From NCBI GenBank assembly GCA_963837955.1, contig CAWIPH010000002.1:1696001-1760000 (forward strand): a stretch of 64,000 bases of DNA, read 5' to 3'. This DNA comes from an uncultured Verrucomicrobiae bacterium. Its GTDB lineage: Bacteria > Verrucomicrobiota > Verrucomicrobiia > Chthoniobacterales > JAFAMB01. The notes beneath the pieces were generated by a model, which searched no databases, was not told the DNA's origin, and saw nothing but the letters and a program-made list of their open reading frames with translations. The position numbers were made by a program, and so were the translations under genes. Shown in pieces: positions 19,271-29,592 of this stretch (position 1 is the first letter of the stretch; the number at the start of each line of letters is the position of its first letter).

Positions 19271-20305
19271 ATGATACGAGGCTTCTATCTTCTACTGGCG
19301 GTCCCAATTTTCTATGCATTTCCAATCTTCGGACAATCGACTGAGAAGGCTCGCGCGTCGGGGATTTTTTGTCTGATGCCGGCGGACAGCGTCGAGCACC
19401 CGTTTCGAGGCCTGGGAAGAGAACCTTGTTGGACAAACCCTAATATCCAGGGGGTCGCACTGCGGAGTCAGTGGGGAAAGATTGAACCGTCTGAGGGTCA
19501 TTTTGACTGGTCACTCTTTGATGAAGGGATCGCCTTAGCAAAGCAGTATCATAAGAAGGTTTCCCTTTCGGTAGTCGCCGGTACGACCACTCCAACATGG
19601 GTTTACCAGGCCGGAGCGACCCGATTCGATTTCCAGAAAATACACAAAAGGGGAGAGGTTGAAGGGATGACCCAGCCTTTGCCTTGGGACAAGGTGTTTC
19701 TCTCGAAATGGGGCGCCTTCGTCGCTGAGTTTAGTAAGCGTTATGATAACACATCCGAAGTGGCATATGTGACCATGGGTGGGCCGGGGCGTCGCGCCGA
19801 GACTTACTTCCTTGATTCAGCAGAAGATGTCGCCAAGCTCGATTCGATGGGCGGCATTCAGCGATGGGTGGAAGGATCAGAAAAGATCGTCGATCTGTAC
19901 GCCAGTGCATTTCAAAAGACGCCCTTCATTTTTGCTATCGCACCTCCGATTCCAGGACCGGCGGGAAACCAGGCACTCAAAGAGCTGGTCGACTATGGCG
20001 CAGCTACTTACCCGGGCCGTTTCGGGGTGAGATCCGACGGGCTCCGTCCGCGCTATGAAAAGTCCTCCTACGCCGCGCGGGCCATCCGTTCACTTTCCAA
20101 CAAAGCGCCTGTCGGTTTTCAGATGTCTCTACCATCCAAGGGAGGACGGCAGATGAGCGCAGGAACACTGGAGGACGCATTGAATATCGGTCTGGAGCTC
20201 GGCGCTCATTTCATCGAGGTATACAGATATGATTGCAACGACCCATCGCAAGCTCAGGTGCTGGAACGTATCAGCGCTAAGTTGGCGGCATCCCAGCGAG
20301 GCTGA
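19271..20305 (+). CDS. Secreted glycoside hydrolase-like TIM-barrel protein, paralog 2
   Basis: WGKIEPSEGHFDWS, PTWVY and PWDKVF..W..FV..F..RYD; shares GPGR..E.YF, SDGLRP.Y, VGFQM and AHFIEVY..DC.DPSQ with paralog 1. Confidence 0.72.
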   Translation: MIRGFYLLLAVPIFYAFPIFGQSTEKARASGIFCLMPADSVEHPFRGLGREPCWTNPNIQGVALRSQWGKIEPSEGHFDWSLFDEGIALAKQYHKKVSLSVVAGTTTPTWVYQAGATRFDFQKIHKRGEVEGMTQPLPWDKVFLSKWGAFVAEFSKRYDNTSEVAYVTMGGPGRRAETYFLDSAEDVAKLDSMGGIQRWVEGSEKIVDLYASAFQKTPFIFAIAPPIPGPAGNQALKELVDYGAATYPGRFGVRSDGLRPRYEKSSYAARAIRSLSNKAPVGFQMSLPSKGGRQMSAGTLEDALNIGLELGAHFIEVYRYDCNDPSQAQVLERISAKLAASQRG

Positions 20306-20534
20306 AAAGACTACTAACTGAGTGGGGTTTAATTTCGTAAGTCAAACCAGGCAGATACCGAATTCATTCGATGGATTGGGGACTTCCCTGATAGAATTCA
20401 TCACCGTTTTCTATTTACCGTTTCGTAGCTTCTGGTAGCTTCGGCGGCAATTCGACTGCAACTGCGCAGCTAGGACAGCGACGACGAGTAGTCTGCAGGG
20501 AGAAAATGGAGCAAACGACAACTTGTAACTAGAT

Positions 20535-21704
20535 TTGAAAAAAGACTCTTCTAAGTCACTGTCAGGAAAAAAACTTAAGTCTACCGGCGCAGTCAGGTTA
20601 ACAGTAATTATTGTTCTAATATTACTGCTAGCCGCGGCGTCTCTTGCCGTATACGCCGTCCTCTATCAAATTCGTAACAGCCCGAAAATAGCACGTACAC
20701 TGGCATCGCCAATGCCAGTGGAAGCAGTCAAGGCGAAGGTTGCGAGCATCGAGGAAACGGTTGGAGGCAGCGGCCAGGTTTTACAGTTTAGTACTGTAAA
20801 CGTAACTTCCCGGATCACTTCAACTGCCCAAAAGCTGTTGGTGAACATCGGTGACCTCGTTAGCGTTGGAAAACCAATCCTCCAAGCCGACCGCCGAGCA
20901 TTCGAAGCCGAAGCGAAAGCGGCCGAAGCCCGAGTGGCTTCTACTCAGACGGAAGTGGAGAAGGATGCAAAAGAGCTTGAGGCGCAACAGGCCTTGCGCG
21001 GCAAAGGGCTGGCTGCAGATGTTGAGGTAGAACAGGCGCAGATCGCGCTGGACACAGCTAAAACGAGCCATGCTCAAGCGGAGAAGGATTTGGTCAACGC
21101 CCAGCTGGATTTGGAGTTTACCCTTTTAAATTCACCGGTGAACGGAATCGTGCTCGCACGATTTGTTAATCCGAATGAGCGATTTCAAATCAACCAGGTA
21201 CTTCTCCAACTTGGGGATCTCGACAAAGTTTATTTCCTCGCGAATCTCCAAGAGGAGGTGGTTGGGTACATCACTGCTGGTCAAAGTGTTGAGGTGATTT
21301 TTCCCTCGTTTCCCTCAACAACCTTTCCCGGCACCATCGAGCACATCGACCCCCGCACCGATCCGAAGACTAGAACCTTTACGGCTTACGTCACTATGAA
21401 TAACGAGGGTCTAAAGCTGAAGCCTGGCATCAGTGGCTTCGCCCGAATTCGGCTACAGAAGACGGCGTTAGCTGTGCCTACTGTGGCAGTAATGAACGCG
21501 GTGGGAGAAAATCCATCGGTTTTTGTGGTGAGCCCCGAATCGCGAGCAATCTTGACGCCGGTACGCGTCGGACTCAATGCCGGAGGAATGACGGAAATCC
21601 TCAGCGGTATAAACGAGGGTGATACCGTCGTAACCGTCGGGAGCTTGTATTTGAAAAACGGTGACAAGGTCCATGTCACTCTACCCAATGCGGACAACCC
21701 GTGA
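20535..21704 (+). CDS. Efflux RND/ABC-type periplasmic adaptor (membrane fusion protein)
   Basis: N-terminal TM helix, lipoyl halves (V..GD.V..G, SPVNGIV), DPKTRTF, LKPG, VP..AV and EI.SG..EGD.VV. TTG start. Confidence 0.92.
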   Translation: MKKDSSKSLSGKKLKSTGAVRLTVIIVLILLLAAASLAVYAVLYQIRNSPKIARTLASPMPVEAVKAKVASIEETVGGSGQVLQFSTVNVTSRITSTAQKLLVNIGDLVSVGKPILQADRRAFEAEAKAAEARVASTQTEVEKDAKELEAQQALRGKGLAADVEVEQAQIALDTAKTSHAQAEKDLVNAQLDLEFTLLNSPVNGIVLARFVNPNERFQINQVLLQLGDLDKVYFLANLQEEVVGYITAGQSVEVIFPSFPSTTFPGTIEHIDPRTDPKTRTFTAYVTMNNEGLKLKPGISGFARIRLQKTALAVPTVAVMNAVGENPSVFVVSPESRAILTPVRVGLNAGGMTEILSGINEGDTVVTVGSLYLKNGDKVHVTLPNADNP

Positions 21705-21748
21705 GGGCCGGTAGCATTGCTTACTTTCAATCGACGTAAACTGTTTCT

Positions 21749-23245
21749 ATGAAACCGTCACAGCGTGTTGTTAAGAATGCGGCGTGGGGCATCCTTTCCG
21801 GTGTTGTCGGGGGTGGTATCCAGTTTCTTTCCGTCATTGTAGTGGCTCGGAGCTTGGGGGTTAGTGACTTCGGCACTTACAATTACCTGTTAGCGTTTGC
21901 TATCCTATTTCAATTTCTAGCCGATTTCGGGTTAGTGAATATTCTCGTGCGCGAGATCACGCGCCGGCCCGACGAGGTAAAACATTTGTTGGGAAGTGCC
22001 AAGGGGCTGATGTGGGTGTTATTCTTTCTTTCTTTGCCGCTGCTGGGGATCGCTGTCCTCGTGCAGAACATCCCGGGTGACATCAAGGCCCAGTCCTTTG
22101 TTATGGGTGTAGCAAGCCTGACTCTGCTGCAGGGCGTAAGCTATGCAGCCGTCTTGCGGGCATTCGAGGACATGGAGTTTAACTCGATCGGGTTTACTCT
22201 CCACAAGGTTGCGCTGCTAGTCTTCACCGTTGTCAGTCTAAAGGCTCGGCTCGGGTTGTGGGGACTGGTGATGGCGAATCTGGCGGCCAATCTCTTACTT
22301 TGGTTTTATTATGCTCAGGTAGTCGGCTGGCGCTTCCGTCTTCGGGTATCGCTAAATAAGGACATCGCCCTATGGAAGATCTTGATCGGGGAAGCGTTGC
22401 CTCTGGGTGGCGGGCTTTTGCTGCGCCAGGCCGGCTGGCAGTTAGATTCATTGTTGCTCTTTTGGTTGGCCGATTCTTACTCGGTGGGCCTTTTCGGTGG
22501 ACCGTATCGCTTGTTGTTGGCGGTCAGGCTATTGTCTATGATTCTGGTGTTGCCTCTCTATCCCGGACTGGTTCGGTTGGCCAAGGATTCTCTTGCCGCG
22601 TTCTGGGTCTCCTATGAGAGAGCTCTCAAATGGTTGATTTGCATGAGCCTCCCGGGCGCTATCGTCTTTTTGTTCACTCCGGCAATCGTGATCAAAACAC
22701 TCCTCGGCGCCAAGTTTCTAGCCGCGACTCCTGCATTGCAGTGGTTCGGCCTCGCGTTCGTGCCGATGTTCGTCTCGGCATTGTTTCCATATGTTTATGC
22801 CGCGATCGGACGGCAGCGGGTCTTCTTCGCGGCAATGGGCGTTACGCTGATTTTGCGGCTGGTGCTCGAGTTATGGCTAATTCCAAAATTTGGCTATATG
22901 AGCGCTTGTGTGATCGCGGTTGGGTGCGAAATCATACCTTTCGCGGCTTTTATCGTCTTACTCGGGTGGGGCCGATTCACACTGTCGCCATTAAACGTTT
23001 TCGTGAAACCGGCCTTCGCGGCCGCCGTAATGGGTGGAGTTCTCTTTCTGGGCCGCCCCTACCTGGGTGAGCGGCTGTCCTTTGCTCCGACTCTGCTTTT
23101 ATATTTTGCTGCCGGAACCGCCTATTTGGTAGCTCTGTTCTTTACCAGACCGTTTTCAAAGGAGGAAATCTCTTTAGCAAAAGAGGCGGCAGGCTTCCTA
23201 GGGCCGTATTTGCGCAGTGTGCGTCGCAAGCCGGAGACGCCGTAA
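21749..23245 (+). CDS. Wzx-type polysaccharide flippase (MOP superfamily)
   Basis: RVVKNA.W, ARSLG..DFG.Y, DFGL..IL.RE, D..LL, VG.F..YR and LIPKFG..SA; many TM helices. Confidence 0.9.
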   Translation: MKPSQRVVKNAAWGILSGVVGGGIQFLSVIVVARSLGVSDFGTYNYLLAFAILFQFLADFGLVNILVREITRRPDEVKHLLGSAKGLMWVLFFLSLPLLGIAVLVQNIPGDIKAQSFVMGVASLTLLQGVSYAAVLRAFEDMEFNSIGFTLHKVALLVFTVVSLKARLGLWGLVMANLAANLLLWFYYAQVVGWRFRLRVSLNKDIALWKILIGEALPLGGGLLLRQAGWQLDSLLLFWLADSYSVGLFGGPYRLLLAVRLLSMILVLPLYPGLVRLAKDSLAAFWVSYERALKWLICMSLPGAIVFLFTPAIVIKTLLGAKFLAATPALQWFGLAFVPMFVSALFPYVYAAIGRQRVFFAAMGVTLILRLVLELWLIPKFGYMSACVIAVGCEIIPFAAFIVLLGWGRFTLSPLNVFVKPAFAAAVMGGVLFLGRPYLGERLSFAPTLLLYFAAGTAYLVALFFTRPFSKEEISLAKEAAGFLGPYLRSVRRKPETP

Positions 23246-24549
23246 TGAAGATCAGAGTAGGAGAGCTCTCCCGGTTCCTGCCAAGGCTAGGAGAGATCTG
23301 CTTTGGGCTGGTTATCGTAAGCCTTTTTTTTCATTGGTTTAATCCGGTCACTACTCCTGCCTTTACTGCCTTGAATTTCCCACTCTGGCAACCCGCGCGA
23401 CTGTGGCCTTCGTTATTCACTCCATTTTGCTACGCGCTTCCTGCTCTTGTCCTTTGTTGTCTTGGGTACCTCGGATGGAGGCTGCGAAAGAATGGGATCG
23501 TCTTGTGGGCCGCCCTATTGCTTCTTCTTCTCGGGCTGACTTTCTTTTTGAGGATCGTGTGCTGGGAGCCGACTTGGTTGAGGGCCGCGATAGAGGGTGG
23601 GCTAGATTTTGATCGTTGCTATAGTTTTGAGGTCACTCACAGCATCCCGGATGCGGTAAGAGGCGCGCCGGCCGGAGAACTGACCGGGACGATAGATGGA
23701 CTGCTAACGCGATTCGTTGCCGGCAATTCCGCTTTATCCTCGGGGTGGTATCTATACATGGCAAGTTCGTTACTCTGCTTAGTTGCCGGATTTAGCATGG
23801 GGACCGACTCGGGGAAACTCGGGTGGGTCGTTTTACCGGGGGCTTTACTCTCTGCAGCCGTTATTGCTGCGTTGCTTTGGCGTCCGATCGAAGGCGAGTT
23901 TCAGATCGCGGCCGGCGCCAATGCCGCTGCCAATGGGAGATTCGACGGAGCATTGGCCCATTATCGTCACGCCGTCGCGGTGGACAAGTGGAACAGGTTG
24001 CAGCCCGATGTTTATCTGGATATTGGAGCTTTGTACGCAGCGCGGAGCCAAAAGGACCAGCCGGAATTTCATCTTTATCGAGCAGTCCGATTTGAAGAGA
24101 AAGCGGACATGCCGCAAGCGCTCTTTGAATTGAACCAGGCCGCGGCGACCGCCAAACCGGATTTGGCGCTGATTGTCCAAAAGGAAGTCGACCGAGTTGC
24201 CCAGAAGTACGGTAAAGAACTTTATGCCCGCGGCAACCTAGGTGATGCGAAGAAACAATTTGAACTTTCCGCAGCGGTTCATCCTAACCAAATCGCAGCA
24301 TACTATTTGGCCGGGTCGTGCTGTTACGAAATGTCAGATTATTCTGCGGCAATCGACTACTTCAACAAAGCTTTATTGCGCACCAACCAGCGAACCCTGA
24401 GAGCCGACATCAGGTCCAGCCTAGGCGACTGCTATTTTAAGCTCGGAAATGTGGAGCTCGCCCGTTCTTACTACCTGGCCTCCCGCCTGGCAGATGACCG
24501 AAAGAACTATCGTGCGCTCAAAAGCTTAACAGAGAGTTACTACAGATAA
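23245..24549 (+). CDS. Multi-pass membrane protein with C-terminal TPR repeats
   Basis: Several N-terminal TM helices, then TPR motifs (AYYLAGSCCYEMSDYSAAIDYFNKAL, SLGDCYFKLGNVELARSYY); TAATG coupling to the flippase gene. Confidence 0.82.
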   Translation: MKIRVGELSRFLPRLGEICFGLVIVSLFFHWFNPVTTPAFTALNFPLWQPARLWPSLFTPFCYALPALVLCCLGYLGWRLRKNGIVLWAALLLLLLGLTFFLRIVCWEPTWLRAAIEGGLDFDRCYSFEVTHSIPDAVRGAPAGELTGTIDGLLTRFVAGNSALSSGWYLYMASSLLCLVAGFSMGTDSGKLGWVVLPGALLSAAVIAALLWRPIEGEFQIAAGANAAANGRFDGALAHYRHAVAVDKWNRLQPDVYLDIGALYAARSQKDQPEFHLYRAVRFEEKADMPQALFELNQAAATAKPDLALIVQKEVDRVAQKYGKELYARGNLGDAKKQFELSAAVHPNQIAAYYLAGSCCYEMSDYSAAIDYFNKALLRTNQRTLRADIRSSLGDCYFKLGNVELARSYYLASRLADDRKNYRALKSLTESYYR

Positions 24550-24566
24550 GCGCGTACGCTCAGTTC

Positions 24567-27500
24567 TTGAATTGGTGCAGGACGCGACGTGGCATCGCCG
24601 GCGTTCTTCTGGTCATTGCTACCGCGATGTTTCTTGGCTATTACGGATGGCTTGCGCTGGCTGCCCCACCGTTTCCTTCATACAGGCTTGATTTTGCGGG
24701 TGCAGAATGGATTCGAGCGGCCGAGAACGGTCCTGACACCTATTTTCGGAAGAAATTTTATATAGGCGGGCGGATCGAGCAGGCGTGGATCCAGGTCGCG
24801 GCTTCGGACAATTTTCGACTCTTTATTAACGAAATCGAAATCCACAATGCTGGTAATCCTGGATCTGGCACCTGGACGGCGAGTGCGATGTCAGCCGAGC
24901 CGTCGATCATTTTGGACATTTCAAAATATTTGAAGATCGGAACGAATGCGATCGCGATCAATGTTCTGCGGGCTACCTACCCAGGTGCCGCGAAAGTGAA
25001 GGTGCGCGGCGCGATTAGACAGACGACAAGTCAGCAGGAATTTGTTTCCGACGGTACGTGGAAAGCTTCCGGTTTTTCGGGTGTGGTCGCTAACTTGGTT
25101 CCCTGGACGAGCCCATTATTGGACGACAATTTGTGGCCCAGGGCAGAGACTTTGACCGACGAAAGCAGTGACGAGAGGCTAATTCAGCCTGTCCCTGTGC
25201 CTCCTGTGCTCTTGCAGTTGCCGTTTAGAGGCGTTTGGATTGGGGATGGTCAGTCGGCTAGAGCTCAGATTAACTTTACGAAGCACTTCGATGTTTCACC
25301 CGGCACGGAGACTACCTGGTTGCAGGTTGCTTCCACCGGGAACTACACGGTGACTCTCAATGGCCACTGGCTCGGGGATTATCACGCCATATCCCCAAGC
25401 ATTCAGCTCTTTTATATTCAACGTTGGATTAAAGGCACAGGGAATGACCTTGTCATTCAGACGCGATCCCCCGGCCACCAGCCACTCCTCATCGCCGAAG
25501 TATCGTGTCTGGCTGCCCATAATAAAGTGTTATCAACGTTGGGAACTGGCTCCGACTGGACTGTTTCAGGCGTGGAGAGCGAAGCCAATCTCGCTGGACT
25601 GCCCAACGCGCAGGAGATGGGACAAGTTAATTATACGGGTGACCGATGGGGCGTCCCTCCGCGGGAGAACACCGTGGCGGAGCTTTCCTCTACCGAAAGA
25701 ACGCGGCAAACGCTTTTCGGTTTTTTGGTCATGGCCGTCACAGTCTTTGGTGTGTTCCTCCTTTGGCTGTGTTTGGCGCGCCTATTGGTTCGCGCCCGGA
25801 ATTTTAGTGCCGACGATGCGCTAAGCTTAGACGCTGCCCTCCATCTCCCGGTCCTTCTCCTCGTTGCCGTGTTGCTCTTGCTACGCTACGAGATCCGGTT
25901 ACTGCCGGAATCGGTCATACGCGCCGAATTCTTTTTCGGACTGCTCGCATTCCTTATCGGACTACGTCTCGTTGTTTGGCTCTCGCCGCGTTCTAAACGA
26001 GTCGAGAGCGAGACTGACCTGAATCAGAGTACATCGAGGCCGGCAGGATTTTTTTCGCGATTTTTACAAGAACGAGGTTTTGGCATAGCCCTCGGCCTGA
26101 TCGTAATTTTTGCTTTCGGTCTAAGGGTCGCTGCTATCAACACATTTCCGTTGGATCAGGATGATATCTTCATCCGGAGCTGTACGAAGGGGATTTTCTT
26201 ACGCGGGTATCCGTCCATCGACTACGGTGGTGTCCCTATCCGTTTGACTACCTATGAACTGGTCCCTTATCCAATTGCACTTTCGACGCTCTTCTTTGGG
26301 TGGAGCGATTGGGTGATCCGGGTGCCGGCTCTGGTATTTGGAACCTTAACGGCATTGGTGCTTGGACGTATGGGCCGGAGCCTCTATGGCCGGCGAGTCG
26401 GCCTTCTTGCCGCCCTTATCTATGCGTTTCTGCCTTGGAATGTCTTTTGGTCTCTTCATTGTTTTCATCCCCAACAAGCGCAATTTTTTGGTCTCCTGTG
26501 CATGTGGTCTTTCTATGCTGCGATCCGGGAGCCGGACGGATTAGACAAAAAATATTTCTATCGAAGTTGCTTCTTTTTTTGTCTGACTTACCTCTCGTGG
26601 GAAGGGACAGGATTTCTGCTTCCGGTCTTCGCGCTGGCGTTGTTACTAATGCATCCAGGCCGATGGGGATGGTTGCGAAAGTTTCATCTTTGGGCGGGGT
26701 TATTCGCAATCGGTGCGGTGGTCGTGATGCAGCTCGCCAGCCGCTATATGTCTTTGCCGCCATATTTAGCATTGGGTTACGGTCTGGCAGATCTCGGCAC
26801 GCCGGAGTTATATTTTCTTGATCCGCAGTGCCAGCCATTCTTCTATCTCACTTCAGTTTTCCTCACTGATCCTCATTTCCTCTTAACACTCTGTTTCTGT
26901 CTCGGTTTGTTATTCGTCGGGAAAAATGGACCCACGCGCTACTGCCTTATAGTCTTCCTAGGGTTGCTTCTATCTTATTCGCTTCTCCTTCCAGCGTACT
27001 CGCAGCGCTATTGCTATTACTATCAGACACTGTTGATTCTCGGCGCATGCGGAACATTCTTCCAGCTCTCTGACCGGATTTTCGGGCTAAGCCGCGGACT
27101 AAGGTGGCCGCTCGGCGACATGCTTATCCGATTGTGTACTGGCTTGGCACTAGTGCTTCTCTTTATATCGACGACAAATTGGGGGCTGAGGCTCTATCGA
27201 CTATCTGAGGGCCGTCTCGGCCAAACGGGCCTACGCTATGGATTGCGCTGGCAGGATAGTGCCAGCTCCGCCCGGTTTGTTGATTCGCAGCTCCAGTCTG
27301 GCGATATAGTCATTGCCGATCTGACCCAAGCATTCGAGCTTTATGGAGGCAAACTACCCGACTACGGCACGGATACGTTGCTGGGCTCCCGCATAGTCTA
27401 TAATCGCAACCGTCCGGTTCCTCGTTATGAGCACCGGATCACCAGCATTCCGATCATTCATAACGTTCAGCAGGTCCAAGAGATACTTCAGAAAGCTCGC

Positions 27501-27908
27501 CGGATATGGTATGTCACCACGTTTGAGCCGAATTCCACGTCACCGATGCAGAATAACGCCGCTGACCTTCTGACTAGGAATTCCCGCGTAGTCTACACCT
27601 GCTACAGTTCCATTGTTTACCTATGGGAAGGCTTCACCATGGTACCGGAGAAAATAATTCCAAATCTCGCGCTGCCGCCTCACCCCACACTCCCCGCCGA
27701 GTTCGATTCGTTGGTGAAGACTGCACTTGATCCGGCGAATCCTCCGGCTGCTCAACTGCCATTCGCGCGGCCGTTGAGACCAGAGGCTGCTCTTGACGAA
27801 GGAGCCGGTCGGTACCAACCGCAGGAACCACCTGCGCCCGATGGGACGCTCTTACCCTCAACCAAGTCGCTCGAGCCCCGATTAAGACCCACTCCAATTG
27901 CTCACTGA
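24567..27908 (+). CDS. GT-C (PMT/ArnT-like) glycosyltransferase fused to two N-terminal rhamnosidase-N-like jelly-roll domains
   Basis: YFRKKF..AWIQVAASDNFRLFINE and FTKHF..WLQVASTGNY...NG, then LR......LDQDD, IRVPALVFG and GLLAALIYAF.PW...S; many TM helices, a C-terminal soluble domain and a Pro-rich tail. Confidence 0.82.
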   Translation: MNWCRTRRGIAGVLLVIATAMFLGYYGWLALAAPPFPSYRLDFAGAEWIRAAENGPDTYFRKKFYIGGRIEQAWIQVAASDNFRLFINEIEIHNAGNPGSGTWTASAMSAEPSIILDISKYLKIGTNAIAINVLRATYPGAAKVKVRGAIRQTTSQQEFVSDGTWKASGFSGVVANLVPWTSPLLDDNLWPRAETLTDESSDERLIQPVPVPPVLLQLPFRGVWIGDGQSARAQINFTKHFDVSPGTETTWLQVASTGNYTVTLNGHWLGDYHAISPSIQLFYIQRWIKGTGNDLVIQTRSPGHQPLLIAEVSCLAAHNKVLSTLGTGSDWTVSGVESEANLAGLPNAQEMGQVNYTGDRWGVPPRENTVAELSSTERTRQTLFGFLVMAVTVFGVFLLWLCLARLLVRARNFSADDALSLDAALHLPVLLLVAVLLLLRYEIRLLPESVIRAEFFFGLLAFLIGLRLVVWLSPRSKRVESETDLNQSTSRPAGFFSRFLQERGFGIALGLIVIFAFGLRVAAINTFPLDQDDIFIRSCTKGIFLRGYPSIDYGGVPIRLTTYELVPYPIALSTLFFGWSDWVIRVPALVFGTLTALVLGRMGRSLYGRRVGLLAALIYAFLPWNVFWSLHCFHPQQAQFFGLLCMWSFYAAIREPDGLDKKYFYRSCFFFCLTYLSWEGTGFLLPVFALALLLMHPGRWGWLRKFHLWAGLFAIGAVVVMQLASRYMSLPPYLALGYGLADLGTPELYFLDPQCQPFFYLTSVFLTDPHFLLTLCFCLGLLFVGKNGPTRYCLIVFLGLLLSYSLLLPAYSQRYCYYYQTLLILGACGTFFQLSDRIFGLSRGLRWPLGDMLIRLCTGLALVLLFISTTNWGLRLYRLSEGRLGQTGLRYGLRWQDSASSARFVDSQLQSGDIVIADLTQAFELYGGKLPDYGTDTLLGSRIVYNRNRPVPRYEHRITSIPIIHNVQQVQEILQKARRIWYVTTFEPNSTSPMQNNAADLLTRNSRVVYTCYSSIVYLWEGFTMVPEKIIPNLALPPHPTLPAEFDSLVKTALDPANPPAAQLPFARPLRPEAALDEGAGRYQPQEPPAPDGTLLPSTKSLEPRLRPTPIAH

Positions 27909-28057
27909 AAATAACCCGTTCTGATGCGTGATCTTCGCAGCGACACGTCTAAAGAGTTTGGGTTTTTGGTCGAATAAACAAACGTTAAGCTCGCGATAGT
28001 GCGCTGCATCGAGAGAAGGATTCGAACGCTCGACATTGGATCTGTCTTTCGGGTAGG

Positions 28058-29566
28058 ATGACAAACCGGGCGAACGCATCGGTCACGAATTTTATGGAAC
28101 ACTCGCAATTAGTTACTCGTAGTTATGGAAATTATCTGTGCGAAAGGGTTGCAGAGGTAGGAGCAGTAATTTGCATTTCTTTTGCTTGGTTCCTGCTGGT
28201 TCCTAGTACCCATGCTCAGGTCAGATCGGACATACCGATCGAGCATTTCATTTATATCATTCAGGAGAATCATTCGTTCGATAGCTATTTCGGTACCTTT
28301 CCGAACGCGAACGGGATTCCGACAGGAACGGCTCTACCGGAATATCCAGGCGGCCCGCCTACCATGAAGCCCTTTCTTATAACCACGACGCATATCCCAC
28401 ACGATATCAAGCATAACTGGCAGGCTGCTCGGACCGCATGGGACAACGGCAAAATGGATGGCTTTCTTTGGGCGGAGTGGCCAGACGCATTGACTTACTA
28501 TTGGGGAGGTAAGCCTGTTCCAACGCCGATTCCCGGGCTGGTCAACGGAAGTAAGAAAGCGGTTAGTCAGCCGCCTCAGGGCGTTACCGAGGTACTTTCA
28601 CCTCATGGAGCGGCAGACGATGAGGATGAAGATGCTCCCGACATCGAAGAACAGAACGCGGCTCTAGAAGCAGCCAAGCCTCTTGCTGCCGGGACTCCCA
28701 ATCCCGGAAATCGCCCGTCCTGGGTGCATTTCACGCTCGCTTACATGGATTTCAATGTAATTCCCAACTACTGGGAGTACGCCCGTAAGTTCACGTTGTG
28801 TGACTATTTCTTTTCGTCGCTCATGGGACCGAGTGAACCGAATCATCTTTATGCGGTTGCGGCACAATCGGGTGGTTTGGTAGGCGATCTAGGGCGCGGG
28901 CAGAATGTGTTTAATTTTCCGACGATGGTTGACCTGCTCAGTAGCTCCCATGTTTCCTGGAATTACTATAATGGGGCGATAAATCCAAGCTCGGTGTCGA
29001 TTTGGAATCCTCTGGCTGCCTTTGCGAAGTTTTACAATAATCCAGACTTGATATCGCACTTGGTGCCAACCCAGCAGTTCTATAACGATATCAGTGCAGG
29101 AACGCTGCCCCAAGTGTCTTGGGTAGTACCTGGCTACGAGAAGAGTGAACATCCGTCGACTAACGTCCGGACTGGAATGTGGTACGTGACTGATTTGATT
29201 AACGCGGTGATGCAAAGTCCGTACTGGAATAAATGTGCGATTATTGTGGTGTGGGATGATTACGGCGGTTTTTACGACCATGTTCCGCCCCAGCAACCTG
29301 ACATGTACGGTTTCGGGCCGCGCGTGCCCGCGATCGTGATCTCTCCTTACTCAAAAAGCGGTGTAGTTAATCATACCCAATTTGATATCACGTCACCTCT
29401 CAAGCTAATCGAAACAAAGTTCGGCCTTTCGTCGCTTACCCCGCGGGATGCCGCTTCCAGCGACATGCTAGACTGTTTCGACTTTTCTCAGCAGCCGCTT
29501 CCGCCGGACGTCATAACGAAAACGACCAAGCTTGACTTCAGTGGCATGGTCACGACCGTGCCCTAG
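28058..29566 (+). CDS. Secreted phosphoesterase (phospholipase C/AcpA family), paralog 2
   Basis: [24 protein letters not shown] and [13 protein letters not shown]; same C-terminus [11 protein letters not shown] as paralog 1. The start may be 28094 or later. Confidence 0.9.
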   Translation: MTNRANASVTNFMEHSQLVTRSYGNYLCERVAEVGAVICISFAWFLLVPSTHAQVRSDIPIEHFIYIIQENHSFDSYFGTFPNANGIPTGTALPEYPGGPPTMKPFLITTTHIPHDIKHNWQAARTAWDNGKMDGFLWAEWPDALTYYWGGKPVPTPIPGLVNGSKKAVSQPPQGVTEVLSPHGAADDEDEDAPDIEEQNAALEAAKPLAAGTPNPGNRPSWVHFTLAYMDFNVIPNYWEYARKFTLCDYFFSSLMGPSEPNHLYAVAAQSGGLVGDLGRGQNVFNFPTMVDLLSSSHVSWNYYNGAINPSSVSIWNPLAAFAKFYNNPDLISHLVPTQQFYNDISAGTLPQVSWVVPGYEKSEHPSTNVRTGMWYVTDLINAVMQSPYWNKCAIIVVWDDYGGFYDHVPPQQPDMYGFGPRVPAIVISPYSKSGVVNHTQFDITSPLKLIETKFGLSSLTPRDAASSDMLDCFDFSQQPLPPDVITKTTKLDFSGMVTTVP

Positions 29567-29592
29567 TTGCAGGTAGAGCGAAGCTGGAATCG

